DNA of 64,000 nucleotides from Geosiphon pyriformis uo1 (taxonomy: Eukaryota; Fungi; Glomeromycota): assembly GCA_016748015.1 (NCBI GenBank), contig JAAOMT010000435.1:1-64000 (forward strand). The letters run 5' to 3'. This document shows, piece after piece, positions 40,182 to 50,200 of this stretch. The translations under genes and the position numbers were made by a program. Within the stretch, counting starts at the first letter, position 1. Every line of letters starts with the position of its first letter. The notes beneath the pieces are model-generated. The model saw only the letters and a list, made by a program, of their open reading frames with translations, made no database searches and was not told the origin of the DNA.

Positions 40182-43100
40182 CTAATTTTTGCTGATCATT
40201 TGGGTCGGTATTACCACAACAAGTAACCAATTAGGTTGTTTGTGATATTTTTTGAGTCGCATGCTATGAACAAGATGATTACTGAATATTGTTCCATATT
40301 GATCTTGTAAGATATAAGAACCATTGTTCAAAACTTTGTTGACTATAAAGGGTTCTTTCCACCAGCTAGAGAATTTATCACCATAGACATTGTTTCTGTC
40401 TGAATGGTATTCCAAAACTAAGTCACCAACACTTAAAGAAAGTATTTTATAGGTCTTTTTCTTTTTGAGCTTCTTTTGGAACTGTTTTATCTTTTCAAAG
40501 GCAATTATCTGTGTTTCTACCAATGAGTCAAGAATGGTACCAAGTCTTCTTTGCAAAATGTCCTTGTAATCTCCTATTGTTATTTCCTCAAAAGGTATTG
40601 TTTTTATATCCATTTCTATTGGTAAAGTTGCCATTTGTCCATAGAGCAAAAAAAAAGGTTCATAAATTGTTATGTCATGATTCACAGTTCTGTAAGCAAA
40701 CAAGACTGAAGGCAATACTTTGTCTCATAGGTTGGTTTCTTCACTGGTTTTGGCTAGAGTTTCACATAGTGTTCTATTGAAACATTCCATTAAGCCATTT
40801 GTTTGGGGGTAATAAGGGGAAGAGAGTTTATAACATATTCCCATTTTTCTGCAAAGTTCTTCAACCAGTGTACTGAGAAAAGCTCTTCTTCTATCAAATA
40901 AAAGTTCTTTGGGACAGCCGTGGCGACAGATAATATCTTCATAAATGAAATTGGCAATTGAGACTGCTGTTTGATCTGGGGTGGCTCTTGCTTCTACCCA
41001 CTTTGTAAGATAGTTGGTAGCTGTGATAATGTATCTGTTGCCATCAGGAGTTACTGTTAAAGATCCAACAACATCTATACCAATTTTATCAAATGGTTGA
41101 CCAACAGAGATTGGATGAATATCTTTCTTGCGATTGGATTTTCCTCTTCTTTGGCAAGTATCACAGGTTTTGATGTATTCAGCAATGTCTTTTCCCAAGA
41201 TAGGCCAATAATAGCGAGCTAAAGTTTTCTGAATTGTTTTTGTTTTTCCAAAGTGTCCAGCTAATGGATTAGTGTGCATATTGTAGATCACAATTTCTCT
41301 TTCTTTAAATCTAATGACTCTCTGGGGGCAGTCAGGATCTTTTTTATTTCTTTTATATAACTGGTTCTGGCGAATCAAATAGAAATTTGATTGTTTGCGC
41401 AAATGTTCTCTTTGCTGTCGAGTATAGTCTGGCAGGTATTGTCTTTTACCCAAAAATTTCAAAGCAGAGTAGTTGTCCAAGTCCATTATTGTGTTTGTTT
41501 GTGGGGGAGTTACAAATAATTAAGTTGGTTTGGTTTGAGAGGGTTTTACTATCACTGGATGGTAAGTCTGGAGAGAGCGTCGGCATTTTGATGATTAGCT
41601 CCTTTGTGGTGTTGAATGTTATAGTCAAATTCATCCAAGTGGAGTATTCAGCGAGTTATCCATTTATGTTCCAGATTTCTTTTGTTGCATAGCCAAACCA
41701 AAACTTGGTAATCTGTTATTACCAAAAATTTCACACCCTTAAGATATTTGTCCCAGTAGCTAGTAGCCCAAACTACTGCTAAGTATTCTTGCTCAGTAAC
41801 TGAGTAGTTCTTTTTTGCTGGTGTGAGAGTTCTACTGGTATATGCTACAGCATGTTCTCTGTTATCTTCATCTTTTTGGGAAAGAACAGCACCAAGTCCA
41901 TAGCCAGATGCATCAGTGTGGAGGATAAAAGATTGATCCAAATTAGGTTGCATGAGGATGAGTTCTGTAACCAGTTTTTCCTTCAGAATTTCAAATGCTT
42001 TTTGTTGATGAGTGCCCCAGTGATAATTGATGTTTTTCCTAAGTAGCTGATTAAGAGGAGCAGCGATTTTGGAGAAATCCTTAACAAACTTGCGATAATA
42101 AGAGACCAAACCAAGAAAAAAGCGTAGTTCATGAACATTCATTGGTTGTCTAATGTTTTGAACTTTTTCAATTTTGGCTGGATCAGGGAAGATTCCATCT
42201 TTTGTAATAAGATGGCCAAGGAACTGGATGAATTGACATCCAAAAAATGATTTGATTGGATTGATCTTGAGACCAGCATTTCTAAGGAGGTCAAAAACCT
42301 TTTGCAAATGTTCAAGGTGTTCATCCCAGGTTTTTGAGTATACCATTATGTCGTCCAAGTAGACTAAAACAAAGTTTTCTTTTACTGATTCAAATACTTT
42401 GTCCATTAAGCATTGAAAGGTGGGAGGAGCATTTGTGAGATCAAAAGGCATGACTGTGAGCTCGTAGGTACCATACTTGGTGATGAAGGCAGTTTTCTTT
42501 CTGCTTTCTGGATCCATCTCTACTTGCCAGAATTCAGCAGTTAAGTCAATAGTTGAGAAGAAAGCAGCACCATGGAATTGGTCTAGCATTGCATCAATTT
42601 TGGGAAGTGGGTACATGTCTCTTTTAGTAATGGCATTTAATTGGTGATAGTCAACACAAAAGCGTAGAGTTCCTCCTTTCTTGGATACCACTACAACTGG
42701 GAATGCCCATTCACTCTTGGTTTCCTGTATGAATCCAAGGGTTTTCATTTGGGTTATTTCCTTTTTGATAAACTCATCATTGCACCGGTTGAATTGATAG
42801 AGCTTCAAATAGATGGGGCGAGTTTCTCTGATAATGATGGTGTGTTGTATCACATGTGTACATCCAGGAGGTTCATCTTTTTTTGAGATAACTGGGCTGT
42901 TTCTAGCCAGCAGGTTTTCAATGTCTACTTTTCTTTCTTCTGGAGAGAGTTCTCTTTGTTCTACAACCAGTGATTGGATTTCAAGTGGTTCGTTTTCAAA
43001 GGACTTTTGGACTTCTTTTATTTCCTCTCAGGGTATCAAGCTGATTGGTTCCCAATCTTTGTAATAGATCAGGCAGAACATATATTTATCGCTAGGAGAA

Positions 43101-44245
43101 TACAATGGTTTGTCACACCAGCACCAGGCACAAGGACCATGCCACCAATAACTGTATTTGGCTTTCTTGCCTGGCTTTCTGTCAAAGATTCTTTTGAGCA
43201 TGTCATAATAAGGCCAGCAGATCAGCTTGCCATTGACAATGATTCCTTCTTTATCTGCCTTGACATTATCTAGTAGTTTGCCATTGCTAGTGAAAATGGT
43301 ATAGGCGAGTTCAGCAGTTTCTTCTTGTTCTTCTTGTTCTTCTTCTTCCTTACTTTCTTCATCATCTGATTCATCTGATTCATTTTCTTTTGGGCTCTGC
43401 TTGGGTGCTGGGGGAGTTGTCCAATGGCAACATTTAACCACAATGGGTTTCTCACCACATCTGATGGTTAGTTTACAGAGTTCATAATCAAGCAAAGCCT
43501 TTGCTTTCTTGAGCCATTTATTGCCAACAATGATGGTGTATTCTTTTGCTTCAGACACTTCCATATCAGTTTCAATGCTGATGCCATTGATGTGGACAGA
43601 AATAGCTTTGGCTATGCCAAGCCCTTTCTTCTTATCACCATGCACATTGGTCATTGGTCATGTGGATGGTTCATCAATTTTTCTGCCAATTGCTTCAAAA
43701 AAGTGTTTGGCAATAACACTAATAGATGATCCACTGTCTAGGATCAAATTGATGAAGTAGCCAGCCACTTGGGCTTTACAAATTAGAGGAGTGACATTGC
43801 TATTGTCAGCAAGTCCAGCTTGGCGAGAGCATTTGTTGGTTTTGGGTATCTTTTTCTTTGGAATCAGGGATTTGCGAAAATCTTTTCTGAATTGTGGATG
43901 GGTCATTAATTGGCCAAAGATTATATGTGCTGGGGTTTCTATAAGGTCTTTGACAACAGAATAGAGACTGGATTTTTGTACTATTTCTGGGGGTTCCAAC
44001 TTTGGAGGGTTCTTGAAAACTTTGGCTTTTGGGAGCTCATTGTTGTCAGCAGTTAATGTAGAAGCTTTATTGGGGTCTAGAATGAAATCAACTTTGGCTT
44101 TCTTCTTCTTTCTTGTGGATTCAGAGGGGTTGATTGCTAATTCATCCATGTCATGGTCATCATTAGTTAAGTTAAAAGCGTAAAAAAAGTTTTCTTCTGG
44201 TTGGCTTGCACTCTCACCCTTTGGAGGTGCGCTTACCAGTTTAAA
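40182..44245 (-). pseudogene. pol (PR-RT-RNase H-IN), interrupted by premature stops
   Basis: ORFs 43658-44149, 43028-43654, 41648-42853, 40725-41486 and 40182-40715 carry the canonical motifs. Confidence 0.95.
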
Positions 44246-45789
44246 GGCTGATAAACAGTGGCTTCAACTAGGGGATCCTCTCCAAAGAAATTGATGTTGG
44301 CATGATTGGGTCTTTAGTTGGGCACATTGTTGTTGTTGTTGATCCTGTTGTTTTGAGCATCATTGTTTCTGGGGACTGGTGGAGACAGTGGAGGATTGTT
44401 GCAATCTCTTGAAAAGTGTCTAGTTAATTCACAGCGATAGCATACAGGTGGGCCACAATTTTGTTGTCTTTGATAAGGTGGTTGCTGGGGCTGATTGAAG
44501 TGTAGTTCAAATCTGGGTCTTTGTGGTTGCTGATTTTCTCTGACTGCTTGGGCTAAGAGTTCTAATAACCAGGCAAGATTTGCTGTGAGTCTGTCTATTA
44601 ACTGTTTATTTAGATCTTGAGTGTGAGTGGCAAAAGAAGTAGCAGCCATTTGAGGGGCAGGAGCCATGACAGGAACAGGAGCAAAAACTGGTAATGTGGA
44701 TCCCAAGTGCATCCTTTGGTTGTCTTCAATTCTTTGTGCTAATTCAATGGCCATATCCATGGTGGGATTATCTTTCAGGGCCAGGAGGGGCCAAAGAGCA
44801 TACGATAGATCAGTTCTCAATCCTTTTGTGAAGGAGTGAATTTTCTGCTCTTCTGTTCAATTTCTTCCAGTGTCTACTCATTTGATTAACTTTCTGATTG
44901 CTTTGGCATATTCGGTTACAATTTCACCAGGACCTTGGGTTCTTCTTTCCAATTCCATACGCCATTTTGATATTAATATTGGGGTTCTGAACTTGTTTTC
45001 AAACCGGGTAGTGAAAGAAGTGTTGATTTCTCCCACATTTGCTGGTGTCCATTTAACAATTCTTTGCTGGACATTGGTATCTGTTTTTTGTGAGAATCAG
45101 GTAGCAGAGGATCCTTGAAGGTAGCCACCAACAATTTGGAACTTGTACTCATCATCATATTGATTGGCTGTAGCAGCTCTTTCAAAGTCATCCAATCATT
45201 CAATTGGATCTTGTGCATCACCTCTAAATAATGGTATTGGGATGTTGTTTCTTTGCCCTAGAGCAGTTTGTATATCTTAGAGGGTGGCCAGAATGTTTGC
45301 TTGCATGGGGTCATTAGCCATTGGTTCAGGGGTAACTGTTTGTATAGACGAATCTGATTCACTTGATAAAAGACCAAAAACAGGGGCAGTTTGGTAGCTT
45401 TCTTTTTCTGTTTCAAAGGGAGTTTCAGTTGCTTGATGGGCAGCAATCCAAATGTGGATTTGATGATTCAGATATTCGAAATCAGGGGGCTGTTGTTCAA
45501 AGGTTGCAGAATATAAGAGCTGATTGATACTGTTGTTTCTTTCTTTAAAGTCGTTTTCAAAATAAGCTTGGTCAAAGTAATAGGTTGTATAAGCTGTATA
45601 GGTTTCAGCTGAATGCTCATTCAAGAACCAGTTCCAAAAGTCTTGAAATTGTCTACTGAATTGTTCTTCAAGGGGGAAGCAGATCAAGCAGGAGGGCAGA
45701 GGATTAAGTTCAATAAAACTTTGGTCGTTTCTGTTATGTGCTGCAAAGTGTTCTTCTGATTGCTGTGGCAGATATGAGTAATTACCCAT
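44233..45789 (-). pseudogene. gag of the Ty3/gypsy element (fragmented)
   Basis: ORF pieces with capsid-like IPIPLFRGDAQDPIE and the zinc knuckle CYRCELTRHFSRDC. Ends QPLNW* at 44233. Confidence 0.85.
44239..44245 (-). promoter_or_regulatory. -1 ribosomal frameshift slippery site T TTA AAC (gag-pol)
   Basis: In phase with gag. The -1 frame stays open into the ORF starting at 44149, and a GC-rich hairpin follows. Confidence 0.85.
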
Positions 45790-45817
45790 ACAATGAGGGA
45801 ATAAGTGAATTTTGACA

Positions 45818-45835
45818 ACCTCACAAGGAGCACCA
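45818..45835 (-). promoter_or_regulatory. Primer binding site complementary to the 3' end of elongator tRNA-Met
   Basis: The - strand reads TGGTGCTCCTTGTGAGGT, 6 nt after the 5' LTR. Its complement CCTCACAAGGAGCACCA resembles eukaryotic elongator tRNA-Met 3' ends as I recall them. Confidence 0.8.
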
Positions 45836-45841
45836 CTTTTA

Positions 45842-46507
45842 TGTTACGGGTTGGAGTAACAAGCTAATGGATAGCAAGGGAGAACAGTATTGTATGGTGA
45901 TGGAAATAAACAAAGAAGGAATTACAATAAGGGAGCAAATTGAATAAGTAGAAATTCAATGTGCGTGATCAGTCTCATAAAAATCACAGTCGCTAATCTT
46001 TTCTTAAATCTGAAGGTAGAAGAATAGTCCGTGATTGTCAACAAGATAACACCACTACTATTATTCTATGTTTCAACTCGGCGATTCTTAAAATCAATAA
46101 CAGGTATCGTTGTACTTTTCAATCATTTCTTTATTCAATGAATTACAAGAGCAAGCCAATTGCTTCTCAGACTAATTCTAACAAATACAAATCAAGAAGG
46201 GGAAAAGATAAGATATGTGAATGCCAACAAGTAGATACTTGAAGATAAGGAAAGGGGAATAAGTGATTATGAAAGGAAGTAATTGATATTATTTATTTCG
46301 TTACTTTGATCATGTCTTTCTACAGCTAAGGGAATCATCGCTTATATAGCTATCTAAAGTGGTCAATGATCAAGTCAATAATCAAGTCAACGGTCAGGTC
46401 ATTGATCAGGTCAATGATCACTATCTAAAAATAGGGTGGCTAATTATATAATATCATTGGCTAATACATGTGATAATTAATAAAAACTATGTGTTTCAAC
46501 CATAACA
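45842..46507 (-). repeat. 5' LTR (666 bp)
   Basis: TGTTAC...ATAACA, direct repeat of 38880-39508 with three extra 12-bp units. Confidence 0.97.
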
Positions 46508-47246
46508 ATATTATAGATAAATTTTAGATTTATGGTGATTTTTATAACTTGGTATTTAAGTTGTTTATTTTTTACTTAAAAATTTTTTTAAAGATTTTAA
46601 TAATTAAGTTTTTTATATAATAAATAAAGATTTAATATTAATAATAAGCAATTTTTTACTTTTTAATTTTTTAACATAATGACTAGTTTATTCTAATGTT
46701 TTTTACTTTTTTAGTAAATAATCTTAAATTTTTAACTATATTTTATGTTTTTTTTAATATTTTTTACCAAATAATTTTTAATATTATAATTTTAATACTT
46801 TTTTTTAATCAATTAATAAACACAAAACAAAAACAAAAAAAATAAATAAAAAATTAATATTTTATTAATAGTTATAATCAAAAATTATTGTTTTTATATT
46901 GTTATTAATATTATTAATATTAATAAAAAAATAATTAAATTTTAACAAAATAAATATAAACTTATAAAGTTAAATTTAAATAATGTGAATAATAAATTTA
47001 TTAGATAATTGTAAACTTTAAGTATTAGATTGCTAATTATAAAAATTATTTGTTAAAATAAAATAAACTTTTTTTTTAATTTTTTTTTTGTTTTTAATAC
47101 TTTTATTATATATACATAAATTTTTATAATACAAAATTTTTACAGTTTTTTAATAATTTATATAATATTATTGATTATTTATATTATATTATATTTTGTT
47201 TCTTATTTTTTTTGCTTTTATTTTATAAGTAATAATGTAAAAAAAC

Positions 47247-50200
47247 TTCTTTCTTTCATTCATCCCAAATTCTCAAAAAAAGAATCAAAAAGTTTTCTGA
47301 AAGAAGTTTTTTTTTCAACATTCAATATGATAAGACTAAACCATTTTTTGATTTTAAGACCACTGTTGGCCCTAGTATTGCTGTCATGAAAAAGACTGCT
47401 GCAGATTCTAGCTTGGGCGGAGGTTTCAGGCCTGTTTTGTTAAAGAAAAAGAGAAAAGGCATTGTTTTGGAAGAGAGTATTAGTGAAAAGGAAGTTCTGA
47501 CTAAGGTACTGGATGGTCATTTATGGAGTTCTGAGACTGGTCACATCACCAAGTCTGAAAGCATTGATATAGAAGAAGAATGTCTAGTAAAAAAAACTAG
47601 CTTTAACTATGGTAAAAGCAGGACTATTGCTGATAGGGATCTTGATAAGACATCTAAAAGACCAGATGTTAAAACTAAAAAAGCTTTGGGCAAGTCATTG
47701 GGAAAAATAAATTTCTCAAGTCATATTAATGTTGATGATGATGTTCTCTTGGATGTCCTCTTGGAACTGCCCTCTCCCTTGAAAAACTTGGTTGTAGTTT
47801 CTGTTAGGAAATCTTTCACTTTAAATATCAGCTTAGATAAAGTGGTTGAGAAATCCTCTTATGAGAAGCTGGTGGTGGTTAGAAATTTGTTTTCAAAAGT
47901 TAATGGTTTTGGAGAGGCCTCTACTTTCTCAAAATTCTCAGAGATCATTCATGCTTCCTTCACTTCTGAATCTAGTCTGGCACAGGCTACTGAAAAGGCA
48001 AGAACAGCAAATATTTTGGTAAACATTAATCTCAAGAAATCATCTGGTTGTTCAGATTGGGCTGTGGTAATTAAAGAGATTCCAGTTGGAACATCAGCTG
48101 AGGCTGTGTGTGCTGTGCTTACTGAGTTTGGTTCTATTGTATCAATTAAAATGCAATTGGTAGGGCTATAACAAAAAGCTGTGGTTGAATTTGTCCAATT
48201 GGATCAGACTAATTTGGTCACAGCTAAATGGTTCATCTTGATTAGAAAAGATGCTGTGAGAGTGGCCAAGACTAATGTAGACAAGGAATCATGGGATACA
48301 AGGAATCAGCACAAAGCCTTGCTATATATACTGCCAATGGATACTAATGCTTATAATATCTGGGACTTTATTGGCTCTGTGAGTGGAAAAACTTGTGTTA
48401 TTGATCGACACCCTGTTACATATGTTCAGGCCAGGTGTGCTATTGTTTGTTTTAACTCTGCTGATTCAATTAATGCTGTTATGGAAACTATGTCTGTCTT
48501 AAAAGGTGTCAATTTGCATTGGTCTTACATAAGTTCTGCTAAGTGTGCTAAGTGTAAGAACTTGGATTATACTTCTCTAAATTGTTTTGTGGGTGAGAAA
48601 ATTTCTTTTGGTGGCACAACTTGCAGAATATTGTTGGATGATGATAAAAGCAGACTGGTTTCTATTTATGCTAGATGCTCTGCTCCAATTTCTCATCTGG
48701 TTTTTTTTGGTGGTGTCTTTTAGGCCAATATTGTCAGTAGGTCTTCATTTCCTCCTCTTTCTGTACATCATGGCTTAGCTGCTTCTGGTTTTTCTTTAAA
48801 GACGAAACCTACTCCGATGGTGTTTTTGAAATTAAATGATAGGTTTGCAGCTCTTGAGCATAGTCTTGCCAGCCTCATGAAATGTATTGACAAGTTGGCT
48901 AAAAGGTTGGACTCATCTGGGCCAATGGTTCTCCAGTCTAGTCTTGGATATCAGCTATTGGTAACCTCTTCATTACAGAATCAAGGGGCGGATATAGTGA
49001 TAAGTGAGGGTTCAAGTGTGGCCACTAGTGGTGAGACTATTGTGGAAGTGGCAATTTTTGATTCTTCAGTTGTCTTTAAGATGGAAAAAACTCTAAGAAA
49101 CTTTTTAATCACAGTTATGGGCCTTTTGGCCAGAATTGACAATGCTGGTTTAATTCCTACTGCTCTTTCTTCTTAATGATAGAGCTGGTATGGAAGTTTA
49201 CTACATGTAATGTTTGGGGTTTCAATGTTTTTGCCAAGTAGAAAGACATTATCTGTTGGTACAAGGAGTCTGGTAATATGATTTCTATAGTTATGGAAAC
49301 AAAATTAAAGTCTAATGTTAGACCATGAATTATAAACAGATTTAATGGAGTGCACATTTTCACATCTGGCCTGAGTAATGAGTATCTTGGGGCTGGAGTT
49401 GCAATAGTTATAAACAATTCTCTGGCTTGACATGTTTTCAAGGTGGAAGAAGTCTTTGGTTGTGTTGTTTCAGTGCATCTCCTCTTCAAAGGCAAGGTTT
49501 CGGTCTCAATTGTTGGTTTGTATACTTGTGCCTCCTCTGGTGGCCAGTTTGGACAGGTGTCCAGCATAAATTTTTTTATAGTTCGGATGGTCAATTCTAG
49601 TAATTTTGTTGTTTTGGAGAGTGACTTCAATGAGGGCAAGTCAATGAAAAGTGCAAGTTTCAGGTTCTGTTCAAGTATAGGTTTGGTCAATTCTTTTGGT
49701 GGACATCTTTTGGCTCGAGCTTCTACATGGGGCAACTTGAGAGGCATTGAAAAAGTCATTGATCATGTCTTTATTAATGAAAGCCTAATTTCAGCTGTGG
49801 CCAGCCACAGAGTAGAATCTGTGGCTGAGTTCTTTGACACTGATCATAGAGCTGTTTTAGTTTCAGTTGGCTTGGGTGGTCTTTTGGACATGTGTTTGGC
49901 CAGCATATGCAGGCATGCTAATATAAATTGCTGGAAATTCAAATTGAGTAATGTGGATACTGATAGCTGGGGGCATTTTGTAGAATGCTCTTTGGACAGG
50001 TTTTTGAAGAAGTCAGCTGTGTTTTATGATGCAGAACATAGTGGTGATTTGAATAGTATGTGGAATGTTCTCAAGGAAATAATGATTGATTCTACTAATA
50101 CAATCTTTTTTAGGATTTGGTATAGCAAATTTGATAGTGCAAGGAACAAAACTACCTCAAAGTTTCATGAGTTGGAGTTACTTATGTCCAAGATTGTCAA

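Larger units (their letters stand above)
38880..46507 (-). mobile_element. Full-length Ty3/gypsy LTR retrotransposon, inactivated by stop codons
   Basis: LTRs at 45842-46507 (5') and 38880-39508 (3'), TSD ATAT, PBS and PPT. Domain order is gag (CX2CX4HX4C), protease (ILDSGS), RT (YLDD), RNase H (HTDAS), integrase (HHCC core), then an extra ORF. No chromodomain seen. Confidence 0.97.

Noticed and set aside
45961-46030. Functional tRNA-Met gene in the LTR
   Set aside because: Only anticodon-arm pieces are present. No acceptor stem, D arm or T arm in register.
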